Positions 55,301 to 64,000 of a DNA stretch of 64,000 nucleotides are shown here, in pieces. The notes under the pieces are model-generated. The model did no database searches. It was not told the origin of the DNA and saw only the letters and a program-made list of their open reading frames with translations. How positions within the stretch are numbered: position 1 is the stretch's first letter; each line of letters starts with the position of its first letter. The stretch lies in assembly GCA_000002445.1 (NCBI GenBank), contig CP000071.1, forward strand, positions 768,001 to 832,000, read 5' to 3'. Source of the DNA: Trypanosoma brucei. Lineage: Eukaryota. Both the position numbers and the translations under genes were made by a program.

Positions 55301-58300
55301 CATGAACGCCCTTTTGTTAAGCTGTCGAGAACGGTCAAATGTTCTAGACTTTGTGTCCACGACTCTCGGCTGCATGCGGGAGCGATCCTTTGGTTCCATC
55401 ACCCTTATTGGTATGCTAAACATTTTCTCCAATGCGCTACATACAGCACTCAGAGAACAGGAGAGAGAAAGACTGAAACATGTTAGTGCTGAGAACTCGT
55501 CGGTGATCACCGACATTTTTACGGTGAGGAGTTTTGAAACCGACTATGCAAAGGAGAATGCGGGAAGGCTACTGCAGACGACGTTCAGTGATCTCGGTGC
55601 AACGCGCGCTATTGCGTCCCTCTGCGCAGTGGACGACCAGGTAGTGGCCTACAGTGCTGTACAACTCTGTGTTGGTCTCCTCGAGGGTGGTAATGAGCAT
55701 GCCCAGAAAGCCCTTCTCGCATATTTCCAAGAGCACCAAGAGAGATTCTTTCACAACATTCGAGACATGCTTCACAAAGCCGTGGATTGGGTGCAGTGTA
55801 CCAACGCAGAACACCAGATCGTTGTGCTTGAGAGGGGTGGAGTGGTTCCTAACGTATCCAACGCACACGAATTCACCCGCATGCTTCTGACAAACGCACT
55901 CACCACGCCCCCATCGCTCTACAGCAGTCTAAAAGTGAGGGTCGGACGCGGTACAGCGGTTGCAAGAAGACGACTTTCCGCGTGGGACCGAGCAGGCGGA
56001 AGTCTCAACCAACGTTTCGTTTGCACCCTATTTCGTATGCTCCAGCTCTTCTGTGAAGGGCACAACCTCAGTATGCAGAACTACATCCGCTCGCAGTACG
56101 ATAATTTGCATAGCGTAAATGCTGTGCATGAAGTAATGAACCTCATTACGGAAATAGCCGCTGTTGTCCACCCGGCCACCGTCCGGATGCTTCAGAGTGC
56201 ATTCGCGCTCCTAACTGAGCTGTGCCAAGGGCCATGTCATGAAAATCAAGAGGCCCTGCTGGGTTACGGTGTGTGTGTCGTTATCAGCAAGTTGCTCAGC
56301 CGCCTGAATTTGCCGGACGTGACGGGCACTCCATCCACTGGAACAGGCATTACAAACTGGGGCGGCGGTGACAGCAACAGTACTGATAACAAGGCTTCGG
56401 TCGACTGCTGCACCCTGAATGAAACAGATAGCGAAGGCAACGCTTTTTTACGTCTACAAGGCGGCTTTTTACTAAGCAAGGACGATGCTGGAAACCTCCG
56501 TATTGCACTCACACAATGCCTACTCTCGCTTATCGAGGGATGTCGTTCACGGGACGTATTCCACCAACTGCTGGAACAGATTCCAGTCGAAGTTATCGAG
56601 CGCGAGCTAACCACGGTGGACCCAGGGGCGTACGACAGCATTCTTGAAAATGAGGAACTGGCGAGTGACCCGGGTGTGGAGGCCCTCTTCAACTGGCTTA
56701 TTTTCCTGAAGACTGTCAGACCGTACGCGGAGGCCGATTACTTGAAACGGATTGATGCAATGCTTCAGCACACAAATAAACTATGCACTCGCCTCGGATT
56801 CATTGAAATACAACGTGCGGATGGAATGCTGGAGAAAGTGCTGTTCCGCATTCCACACGTCTGGCGCGGGTTGATGCGTAGGAATAGGAAGCAGATGCTG
56901 GCGGAAATTAACTGCAGCAGTCGTGCAGCGAAGCTCGGAGACTTTATGTACCACAGTGACAACGTGATCTTTGAAGTGGAACGTAGCTATGCATTCCAGT
57001 GCTGGGTAGAGCGCCGCACACGCTGGAGGTTGGACAACAGAAGTAGCGGTTGGAGAGGTAAAGAGTGTGATGCCGGCAAAGTCGATACTTCAGTCGACGC
57101 AGGCAAACCTAGGTGGACCCCAAAATGGAAACAATGCTCAGATGCGCCCAAATATTTCTGGAACCATTTCATTGCACCCGTACTGTTTTGCACACACCTC
57201 GGTTTTTACGAGTACAGCTCCCTCCTCGTCGCTGTGGTTTTGAACATTGCTTTGATCAACGGCGAGGGGCGTCATCGGAATCTGGAAGAATCCCAGCTCT
57301 GGGCTAACATCATATCTGGCCTGTGTGTCCTGCAGCTTGTGTTGTCTTTAATTGCAATAACTGTGGATACTATTGTCTTTTTCCCGGTGTCGCTGTACGT
57401 ACACTACCGCCAGAAACAGCAGCGGTTTTCCGGGCGGGCGAAGTTCAACGAAACATTGCAAGGGGTTTTACGTGGGTTGAGTGCGAAAGAAATCAGTTTA
57501 CTGCTTGTGACGCGCTTCAGTTTCCAATATCGCTTACTTTTGGTTGTCATGGCGGTTTTAAGCATCTTCGTTTCATATTACTTTGCTGCCGCACACCTTA
57601 CGCTTATGGTTTACACGTTTCCCACACTTCGTACCTTTGTTAGCGCCATCACGCACAATGGCCGACAGTTACTCCTAACGGCCCTGCTTGGTGTCATGGG
57701 ATTGTATCTTTTTGCCATCGCGGGCCGCATTATGTTCCCTGAGCAATTCGGAAGCAACGGTGAGGTCGACGAAAACTCGGGGAAGAAAAACGACGAAAAT
57801 GGAAACTGCGACACATTGCTGCGCTGTTTTACATTTATTCTGTGGCAGGGGCTGCGGCAGGGTGGTGGCGTCGGGGATGTCATGGATGAGGTATCATGGA
57901 ATAGCTCAACACTTGTACCACGGGTGAGCTACGATCTCATTTTCTTCGCTCTTGTAAATGTTGTCTTCCTCAACATCATGTTTGGTATCATAATTGACAC
58001 TTTCGGTGAGTTGCGCGACGACCGACGAGAGAGGGAAAACGAACTGAGGAGCACCTGCTTTATCTGCGGCCTAGACGCGGACACACTTGAAAAGGGCCAA
58101 GTGGGCGGTTTCAGGGCTCATGTGGAAGACGCACACAATATGTGGATGTACCTTTACTTTATTCACTACCTCCGTCATAAGGACCCGAACGAGTTTACTG
58201 GTCAAGAGTCGTACGTCCACGAGAAGATTCAAAGGAATGACCTCTCCTTCTTTCCGGAGGAAGACTGTCTTGCGTTACAAGAATGCAGGGAGGGCAACGG

Positions 58301-58652
58301 CAAGAGAACTGGAGATGACGAGGCTGATAGTGATGACGAGCTTGCGAGCAGCGTTGTGGTAGGGGGCAGTGCACCACGCGGACCAAAGCCTGAGAGTGCA
58401 CATCCCGATACCGGTGTGAAACTTGTGTTGAAGGAGCTGGCAGCTGTGCGTGAAGCTGTCAGTGCCCTTGCGCGGGAGGCCACAATGGAAGGGGAGCGGA
58501 CGAGGGGACTCGCCCAGCAGCTAGAGCTCATAAACCGCAGCAGCCAGAGCTCATCACTGCGGAAGTTTCCCGGCGGGGGCAGCGCAGCATCGGTTGCTGA
58601 GACGAGCACAAGCAAGGGGACGTGGTTGCGGCACTCCGAACCAGAACACTAA
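49353..58652 (+). CDS. IP3R: Inositol 1,4,5-trisphosphate receptor / ryanodine-receptor-family intracellular Ca2+ release channel (3099 aa)
   Basis: The C-terminal channel domain has about 6 hydrophobic helices (e.g. FIAPVLFCTHLGFYEYSSLLVAVVLNIALING, LLLVVMAVLSIFVSYYF, LIFFALVNVVFLNIMFGIIIDTFGEL). The pore-loop selectivity filter is LRQGGGVGDVMD (GGGVGD is diagnostic of IP3R). This is followed by CFICGL and a coiled-coil tail. The giant N-terminal regulatory region matches the family's size. The exact length, 3099 aa, matches what I recall for the T. brucei acidocalcisomal TbIP3R. Confidence 0.93.
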   Translation: MSQSRVPIRYGAFIHLSCDEGYVTAGGLGNEGLFIRNKNELSDDAEPLPLFGFETSVFQILPPTVAKVAAEEGLSKGNRAPNSNPLSDGVSNIYSTQQVTFGQLFVLVHAVSRLHVAALPSEPSERDPDCARLVLAPPGEIEQTFCQFIFTPRYTTHGEGDVVCRGDEVLVQLSSIPIFLQTTVVSPTRPVKHETFGSASFPYEPTDGCGRGNSWSAGTRMALSAVLGAPEVNLSEAKALVFVVERYDIDRDKAEHQRILHRIPRPCVSAGVPVIFYHLEHKRVLATSVAMPPCQGGGKIGVSGVAPRGNEGGGERDHLLKTRQTHSVMGNVTVICHASGRFAAAGSSKSQGSDSHSAGATSLDSDPCSTKGKAPDDRKRVNGVGGAALPLFAVDKGVADGTFSEEGALSGLQCSCTALWILENEQPTVGGAVNMNSGVYRLRQACSNLYVAVEGSAVDTILEGDGSPEGSVVSQRSCCNLTGDIVNEEGGDVVRPTTLSMIPPPRTPKDLQRTLFRLSPMFNTDCGYLIENDCLLLQNVATDMYLCTSEGSETLSLSWKPSNIDLIVVRRAATDVQDSVLFLWSQCETLSGYRDAFQVLTTEGTATHQQQTETDGEHGQGRYPSAEGSTSPTLMEGRMAIVSDYNHIPESFVRPSKTCPKGSNVGTGYASLLPVICACQRTLAELIIFCSISPERNVLRRDGIPIPNHQHMLVELCVHRLVIDVILAPFSKFGVRADRSVGKHAQCCGQWGCSSWLPPLPLSGGVVDVNDLLLKMHREIHIVCRLGFRLLRQMVRQAPELKAGFENYIPYFLAFDGYKLEVVDSLTRLFSENPAVRNSSLELVVNHYIAGLHLTRSGRYLQLLCSMCSVGTHGVTERQRLVCQKLLVENANALYSFVLDSGGEWAVKTDKDEPPIPCNILFSGQQQDGGEEEGTKLREYVQSELELLGALCLDGCPPLCREEVAKVFPSPVLLMALRNFSPKWPEVSDRSRVCDVVRSHLIRLAMHCYILPYIDDPAVQLREGAVLLGSSKLHLKVDEKTAFSGKPDSELTQAVKEGTLHVIRSNTHFVRSDTGRSILIRAALAAWLRFVSAHQVSATETACLVPLLLELLDSRDDEAHDGSSKIAEYTWTRLEVSEAGLLVVRAREMICQILLQILETATYRAANEINLLLHGILVTDHGASLAHQHDYCSLLRRADVSSTGDPFVTSPTERDALLWHKGKANDGNGNRCFGLNRRKGPSDYQSTVAGSAVTTQLSGSTKDVAAFLDYVKGICSCIVRPLRVDQLVPRLVDLAHHDGSQLAPYAMELLVRICTVRRSVARLVLQVHPFPSSEVIQCFDNMYFAAVQVRSSYIRGSVEEAIDVALQGIDGLSTQTQNEVTGTTNEGRVDDGGTDEYYNDLTEDDEEIEEIGICEEQEVEASSSSAPEDQHEVGGESKARRLWSKAAGAARIVVYRNAIIARRRSVGLSETSRVPLRVVVRAETVRHWQVHITMLEMYPFIGPSSPAFSKWMRFFYVFTLSQSNAESLKAYIDIFMGAFNLSSNCVVMGLHIVLSILATIKDPTPHLTDAFLRESARYIDGEIAALHPDGEFATKLGLHVFTKTTVGGIPRRRMLQLLRDYDAFRCLPSPGVTEKHGRGRFTACIVEMVCRICGTSMGAVALGRSALPVTHLLEITLSYGTSYTPLVEVPRPRALWESNSFHLLGAYLLALVSLYIAAGDAGGDGGRRQRQMEWMANRDWWSVVLLLSRQLKELTRLMQSRTETVLWRGRRILQRYRRLWLVNLPLALLTFMTECFNEAGFYRYRDVVGATFHEMCMSVAGFSEVLLASADAIRLQAREMVGYRRLVALLQVQTGNLVGHELLSGTMLTTRRNLRHGVICYYKKINEAEEEARGLHPDALLLAETGPQAENDGIQGGLIATADVPTHTQNDADDSSPMGLLISGAATKCLDAERLRGALRSLVNRDQLITMEDSTDLGEPAGIMNALLLSCRERSNVLDFVSTTLGCMRERSFGSITLIGMLNIFSNALHTALREQERERLKHVSAENSSVITDIFTVRSFETDYAKENAGRLLQTTFSDLGATRAIASLCAVDDQVVAYSAVQLCVGLLEGGNEHAQKALLAYFQEHQERFFHNIRDMLHKAVDWVQCTNAEHQIVVLERGGVVPNVSNAHEFTRMLLTNALTTPPSLYSSLKVRVGRGTAVARRRLSAWDRAGGSLNQRFVCTLFRMLQLFCEGHNLSMQNYIRSQYDNLHSVNAVHEVMNLITEIAAVVHPATVRMLQSAFALLTELCQGPCHENQEALLGYGVCVVISKLLSRLNLPDVTGTPSTGTGITNWGGGDSNSTDNKASVDCCTLNETDSEGNAFLRLQGGFLLSKDDAGNLRIALTQCLLSLIEGCRSRDVFHQLLEQIPVEVIERELTTVDPGAYDSILENEELASDPGVEALFNWLIFLKTVRPYAEADYLKRIDAMLQHTNKLCTRLGFIEIQRADGMLEKVLFRIPHVWRGLMRRNRKQMLAEINCSSRAAKLGDFMYHSDNVIFEVERSYAFQCWVERRTRWRLDNRSSGWRGKECDAGKVDTSVDAGKPRWTPKWKQCSDAPKYFWNHFIAPVLFCTHLGFYEYSSLLVAVVLNIALINGEGRHRNLEESQLWANIISGLCVLQLVLSLIAITVDTIVFFPVSLYVHYRQKQQRFSGRAKFNETLQGVLRGLSAKEISLLLVTRFSFQYRLLLVVMAVLSIFVSYYFAAAHLTLMVYTFPTLRTFVSAITHNGRQLLLTALLGVMGLYLFAIAGRIMFPEQFGSNGEVDENSGKKNDENGNCDTLLRCFTFILWQGLRQGGGVGDVMDEVSWNSSTLVPRVSYDLIFFALVNVVFLNIMFGIIIDTFGELRDDRRERENELRSTCFICGLDADTLEKGQVGGFRAHVEDAHNMWMYLYFIHYLRHKDPNEFTGQESYVHEKIQRNDLSFFPEEDCLALQECREGNGKRTGDDEADSDDELASSVVVGGSAPRGPKPESAHPDTGVKLVLKELAAVREAVSALAREATMEGERTRGLAQQLELINRSSQSSSLRKFPGGGSAASVAETSTSKGTWLRHSEPEH

Positions 58653-60597
58653 TTTACCGTGCTGGAAGAAGCTCACGGAGGAAAGCGATGACACGCGGTT
58701 CTTCAACTAGAGCTAAAGCACAGGTGTTTAGTCCTATACTCGAACAGAAGTATACACATAAATATATATATATATATTCATTGATATGTTCTTGATTCAC
58801 AAACATCCGGAATGTTACTGAGCCGATTTGACGCTGATAGTGGCGTGTTTCTATCGTTATTTTTTTTTCGTAAACAAGAAAAGTTGTTACCCATGATCGT
58901 GTGGGGTGCTGTAACGCACGTATAATCCCCAGCGGTGCATTCTATTATCGTTTATTTTGACCTTTTTTTCTGTTCCTTAAACCCCCCACGCGTACGTTGT
59001 TTGATCGGAAGGAATGAACAAGTGAGAAAGCAAAGTGTACATCTATGCGTTCGCCGCAACTTGCATTAATATTAGCTTGGTTACTTAACCGTTCGTATCA
59101 CTCTCCCTCACGTGCACTAATGTTTAGTCCCCTGCTTTAGGTTGATTTTTATTTTTTGTTACACATCAGTGGCCCTTTCTAACCTCGTACTTGACACGCG
59201 ACACATTACTGCGAGTGCTCTTCTTTTCTCGCTTGAGCAAGTGATGAGGTTTTTTCCCCCATCCCTTCAAGCAATCAACTCTATCTTCTTTTCTCATTAA
59301 CACGGCTGGCTATTCGGTGACATTCCAGCACCGAACAGTCAGTGATGTGATGTCGGGATCTTCTGTCGTACATATGCTGCATTTGAAGGTACTTTCCACA
59401 CCTGATTTCGTCACTGATGCCCAACTACCAGCAGACAGTTGGGAACCCCACGCAATCAGAAAGTAAGTGATGTACAGTTTCTTGTGGTCCACGGACTGCT
59501 TGGGAAGTGCCGGGTGAAATTTTTGGTCATAAAGACCAGCCTCTCGTACTACTTTCATAATGCCTGGCCCCATCGAGGTTCTGAATACAACGGGACTTGT
59601 GCTATGATGCGCCTCTCGGCGATAAGAGGACCACGTGGTGGGGGTTGCAGTTGAGCTCAAGTGGGGGTAAAAATGGTTCTGAGCCTCGTGTTCACGGTGA
59701 TTCTCAAGATTTGTAAATCCCATAAGTCTGGTATCACAGTTGGGACGCTTTTGTTGTTGTTTGTTGACAGATTGCCGTCGCACTATCACTGATGGATCTG
59801 CCTCTAGTATAACTGGATCAAATCCTTTGTCCTGTGCAAGATCTCCTTTAGTGGAACCTACGTGGGTACTCCGCCCCGAGAAGCGTCGCAGAAATACCGC
59901 AGGTTTGCACACTCATTCACAGTCCAGTATTTCCTGTCCCGGACCTCAGAGTCCCGGCGCGTTGCACTTGCAATATGTACCGAATCTGACCTTTCAGGGA
60001 CTTCGTTAGGTATTGGGCTCTTGCTGCTGAGACCAAAAGACTTGATGCTGCATGTTTAACGACGGCGGGTAGCCTTCTGTGGTCCGCGATACTATTCAAT
60101 GCTAGTGATTAGGTGTTCTTTACTCTTGTGCTCCCCCCTCCTTCGTCGCGGCACCGTGGTAAAAGTATCGGCGGGCGTACTGCTTTCACTGGTGGTCGCT
60201 GTTGCCGTTGTTACATTTGCTCCCCTACAAGCGCTAATACCCTTTTGTTGTTGTTCTTTTCCTGTTTATCTTGGTGTTCCATACGAATACATACGTGCGG
60301 TAAAGAATAGTTTCAACTCAGTCGACTTCTTCACGGCGGTCCGCATATACGTACACGTGTACGCTCCATCTCGTCAACGCACAGAGGCAACACAAAAGGA
60401 AGAGCACTTGCGCAAGGAAACAAAGAGGAAAGAAGGTTCAAAGCAGTCAGTTGATATACATACGTATATACAGTTTGCGCGGTACAACGGACAGTGAAAC
60501 AAAGGGGATCTTGCTCGTTTTGGCCGATTTGTTTTTGTACTCGCCGAAACTCCGTCTTGCTGCATCTCTTTGTAAGTTGTTGACAAACATCTGTAAG

Positions 60598-61518
60598 ATG
60601 GGAGACTCGATATCACCTTCGGAATTACTTCCAGGGCACGCTGGGGAAGAACATTTCTTATCACTTGAAGAAGGAACGACTCCGCAGGTCCACCGGCAGG
60701 AAGTGACTACAGATGCAATGACAAACCTTCAACGGCGTAACGTTTATGTCTCTGGCCTCCCGGAAACGTACCGTGCTTCCGAGTTTCGTGATCTGTGTCA
60801 GTCGTTCGGTCGGGTGGAGGCGTCGAAACTCTGCGTTGACAGTAAGTGCCGGCCGGCGAAGGGTTATGGTTTTGCACTTTTCTTCGAGGAGGAGGACGCA
60901 TTGAAGTGCATCGAAGGACTTAACGGCCGAGTGCTTATGGGCGGCCGACCGTTGCAAGCACGAATAGCAGACGCCGCTGCAGCGCCCGCGCCACTGGACC
61001 CATCAATAGCCCACCCGCCCATTAGCCGCACGCGTCAGGGAATGAAAAGTCACCACCGACAGCTTGGCGCAAGCATCAGCAGCGGAAGCGGTCCTCTCGA
61101 CAGCTCCATCGTTCTCGGGCGGAGCATGTCCTTTTCCTCTCGAGATGATCTTACAGGCTCACAACTCGGGCTCGCAACAGCACTCATCCCGGGAACCGGA
61201 ACCCCATCGGCCCCGACAGCTCTGCACGCACCGATGCAAGCGCCAATTCACGGTGCAGGGGTCACACAACCACCAGGGGCCGTTGGTTACTCACTCGCGC
61301 CGTTCCCTGTGCCTGGTGGCTACATGCCTGTTGGGCACTCCTTCATTCCGCAACAAACTGTTGGCATGCCTCTATTTGTGACTATGCCACAAACCGCGCC
61401 CGTCTCCACTACTGTTGCACAGCAGGTCGTCGTCCCGACGACAGCAATTGTCGCACCGAACGGCTATACACCACAGCTTTGTTCATCGCTGGTGTATCCT
61501 CCGGTTCGAATGGAGTGA
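60598..61518 (+). CDS. RBP10: Single-RRM RNA-binding protein with a low-complexity P/A/Q/V-rich C-terminus; likely the RBP10 orthologue
   Basis: The RRM has RNP2 VYVSGL and RNP1 KGYGFALFF inside NVYVSGLPETYRASEFRDLCQSFGRVEASKLCVDSKCRPAKGYGFALFFEEEDALKCIEGLNGRVLMGGRPLQARIAD. The first ATG (MGDSIS) is at 60598. The track start at 60451 is a TTG. Its position directly downstream of the IP3R and the long repeat-rich sequence after it fit the T. brucei RBP10 locus as I remember it. The gene name is inference. Confidence 0.7.
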   Translation: MGDSISPSELLPGHAGEEHFLSLEEGTTPQVHRQEVTTDAMTNLQRRNVYVSGLPETYRASEFRDLCQSFGRVEASKLCVDSKCRPAKGYGFALFFEEEDALKCIEGLNGRVLMGGRPLQARIADAAAAPAPLDPSIAHPPISRTRQGMKSHHRQLGASISSGSGPLDSSIVLGRSMSFSSRDDLTGSQLGLATALIPGTGTPSAPTALHAPMQAPIHGAGVTQPPGAVGYSLAPFPVPGGYMPVGHSFIPQQTVGMPLFVTMPQTAPVSTTVAQQVVVPTTAIVAPNGYTPQLCSSLVYPPVRME

Positions 61519-62683
61519 TGGCACAGAGGGTAACGAAGTAGGAATTTTTGCCGCCAGCTGAGGTCGTTTACCTTGGGTTGGCTGTCATGGAGATAGGGAA
61601 GAGAGAAGCAACATCGCGTGCAAGGAAAAACGAACAGAAGAATCGATCCCTCCCCCCTCCATGAGTCCTTCTTCGTTTATAATTTCGGCTGTTGTTTTTG
61701 CTGTCACCTTTTTTTTTCTTCCTTCTCGTTCGCCACACCCTCTCCTCAACCTCCTTTACCTCCATGGATCTCTCGGCAGCAGTCCCCCTCCCCTCATTCC
61801 CCTCATGTTTTGGTGGTCGCCTTATTGGCACCTCTTTTCGTCATTTTTTCCCCCCACTTGCTGCAGTTCAAGGCGTATTTGTGGGGAGAGTAAAGAACAT
61901 AAGTGAAATCTGAAAACAATAGAAAAGAGAGATGAATTAATTAATGAATGAATGGGAGAAATAAGGAGGAGAGGTGGTGGAGAGCTGGGGAACTGTAATG
62001 AAGAAGAAAAAAAAGAAGAACGAGGGAAAGGTAGATTCAGTGGGGGAGACAAAACAGTGAAGAAGAATCTGGCGGAAAGCAACAATAAGTGTGAAAATGA
62101 GAACGAAGGTGTGAATGATTCTTCAGTTTAAGAAACCACACGTGAAGAAGGACAGAATATATAAATAAATATATCTATTTATATGTTGATGTCTCAGAAG
62201 AAAAAAAGCAAAGGAGGGGAGATAGAAGAGGTTTAAAGGGAGGAAGGAAGACAGGCCCTGAAACCAATAAAACAAAATAAATAAATAAAGAAACGCGAAA
62301 TCAAAACTGAAAATGCGAAAAAAAAAACGAAGAACAAGAAGGGTGCAATGAAGGAATGAACTCCACAGAGAGAATACCCGTTCAAACATTCTTTTCTTCG
62401 TTTTTCCCCTCCTCCTCTCCCCGACGCAACCGCCCCCCTTTTTTTTCTATAATTGGCTCTTCTGACCCACACCCCCTCACTTTCCTTCTCAAAGAACGGC
62501 ATCTTGTTTTCCCACCCTTTATTATTGTTAATTTCTTTTTTCGCTTTACTATTATTATTATTATTTACCACCCCATCACCGTTACTTTTAGTTGTTTTTT
62601 TTTTTTTTATGCCTCTCTCCTTTCATTTTTTTGCGCTTTTGCTCCTCCTTATTGGTTATGTAGAGCGATTTATATAAATCTAA

Positions 62684-62704
62684 TATATATATATATATAT
62701 ATAT
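62684..62704. repeat. (AT)10 microsatellite
   Basis: atatatatatatatatatata. Confidence 0.85.
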
Positions 62705-62976
62705 TTGTATTCATATATTTTATGTCTTATATACATAACTACTTTCGCGCAGAAAAGGGAAAGAGGAAAGGAGAAGAAGGGGGAAAATAGAAAGCCCATG
62801 CACATATATATATATATATATTTATTTATTTGTTTATTTATTTATATATATATATATATGTATTCTTTGTACCTCCCTTTCGTTTTTACTTTGTTTTTTG
62901 TTTTACCTTTTTTTTGTTTCTACTTTGTTTCTTGTTTTGTTTACTGTTAGTCACTCCTTACTATTTTTACCGCCTC

Positions 62977-63112
62977 TATTATTATCACTATTATTATTAT
63001 TATTATTACTATTATTATTCCTATTATTATTATTATTATTCCTATTATTATTATTATTATTATTCCTATTATTATTATTATTCCTATTACTACTGCTATT
63101 ATTATTGTTATT
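62977..63112. repeat. Imperfect (ATT)n / (TTA)n trinucleotide repeat, about 135 nt
   Basis: tattattatcactattattattattattattactattattattcctattattattattattattcct... It produces spurious poly-Y/poly-L ORFs in the track. Confidence 0.9.
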
Positions 63113-64000
63113 TCTGGGGCTACTGCAGTGCTTTCCCTTTCTTTTTCTTTGGGTGTTCGCGTGGTTGAGATTGTGATGTGACTTCTGTTTGCTGACGATT
63201 GTTTGTTTCTATTTGATTGTGCCGGTGTCTGTTTTCCCCCACCCCCGTGATGTCACGAAGAAAAACAAAAATTAAATTGAAAAGTTTTTACTTCTCCTCG
63301 TCCAAAGCAATTGCTCTCCTCCTTCCTTTTCTCCACACGCGCGCACGTACGTAGTGAACTAATCAAAGAGTGAAGAAATAAAAATAAAAACACGCGTCGT
63401 GTTGTGGATCCCTTTTTCGGATCCAATTTGCGCTATTGCTTTTTTTTGTTAGTATTATTGTTTTGTGCTTTTTTTTTTCTTTTTCTGTGTGTGTAATATG
63501 ATTTTGTCGCTTTTCATTCAGCGGAAGCAGACAGTAAAGTTATGGGCTCATATGCTTGCATGTGCATTCCATCCGATATTGCGCGGGAGTTGTTGTTTTG
63601 TTTTGTTTTTCACACCTTCGTCCCTTTTTTTTTTCTTTTTGGTTTTTATTGTTTGTATATATTTTCATATTTATGTACATATATTAGGAGCAAATGCATG
63701 CGTGTTTGTGCTTTAACGCCCATGTGTGCGCCCCTTGGCTTGCTTTCCCACAAATACCCTTTCGAAACGCCTTACGGAAGCGGGGACAATATAATTAAGA
63801 AGAAAGGGAGATGGGGGGGAAAAAAAAAAGAGAAAGAGAAAGAGAAACACCGGCTCGTAGACATGAGGAGAGGAATCAAAAAAAAGACAATGAAATGAAA
63901 TAAAGTTAAGTGAAGTGAATTGAAACGAGGTAAGAATTTAAGAAGTTAAGAAAGCTGGTGACCCGCCGTCGCTTTTCTACTTCATTCCACTCTTTTTTTT

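Larger units (their letters stand above)
61519..64000 (+). other. Extended ORF-free, low-complexity downstream region, presumed long 3' UTR of the RRM gene (continues beyond the window)
   Basis: There is no credible ORF. The region has pyrimidine-rich and purine-rich blocks, (AT)n at 62684-62704 and 62805-62859, about 135 nt of (ATT)n at 62977-63112, and many U-rich stretches. Confidence 0.4.

Noticed and set aside
49692-57883. Numerous 60-190-aa minus-strand ORFs inside the IP3R gene (e.g. 53164-53736, 54995-55516)
   Set aside because: They are all antisense to a 9.3-kb ORF with clear IP3R homology along its length. They have no motifs. They are the expected frequency of chance ORFs in GC-moderate coding sequence.
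62830-63176. + strand ORFs encoding poly-Tyr / poly-Leu peptides
   Set aside because: They are direct read-through of the (ATT)n/(TTA)n trinucleotide repeat in all three frames, not genes.

Overview
The window looks like a gene-dense core chromosomal segment from a kinetoplastid, most likely Trypanosoma brucei. There are 18 intron-less protein-coding genes, all on the + strand, consistent with one Pol II polycistronic unit. Each gene is preceded by a polypyrimidine tract and AG trans-splice acceptor context. The genes are separated by low-complexity UTR/intergenic DNA full of microsatellites: (TA)n, (TG)n, (TC)n, (ATT)n and homopolymers. The only minus-strand gene is a tRNA-Trp(CCA), which faces a + strand tRNA-Asn(GUU) in a convergent Pol III pair at about 25.45-25.69 kb. 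Products recognised from motifs alone: cobalamin-independent methionine synthase (5'-partial at the window edge), a kinesin, ubiquitin-activating enzyme E1, a metallo-beta-lactamase-fold protein, a 1919-aa kelch-propeller protein, NDUFAF7/MidA-type methyltransferase, two SET+MYND (SMYD-like) paralogues, a DUF676 lipase-like esterase, an EngB/YihA-type GTPase with a mitochondrial presequence, a 3099-aa IP3/ryanodine-receptor-family Ca2+ channel with a GGGVGD selectivity filter, and a single-RRM RNA-binding protein followed by more than 2.4 kb of repeat-rich downstream sequence. The IP3R (exact length 3099 aa) directly followed by a single-RRM protein matches my memory of the T. brucei chromosome 8 IP3R-RBP10 locus. 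That is inference, not a database result. The supplied ORF track treats GTG/TTG as start codons. For 32, 15569, 32739, 35324, 36370, 47527 and 60451 I moved the start to the first plausible in-frame ATG. No CRISPR arrays, rRNA or mobile elements were seen. The most unusual items are a pair of neighbouring paralogous genes with internally repeated [LF][YF]N[VFM][ED]QL motifs and presequence-like N-termini, and the tRNA pair with a possible associated small-RNA region.
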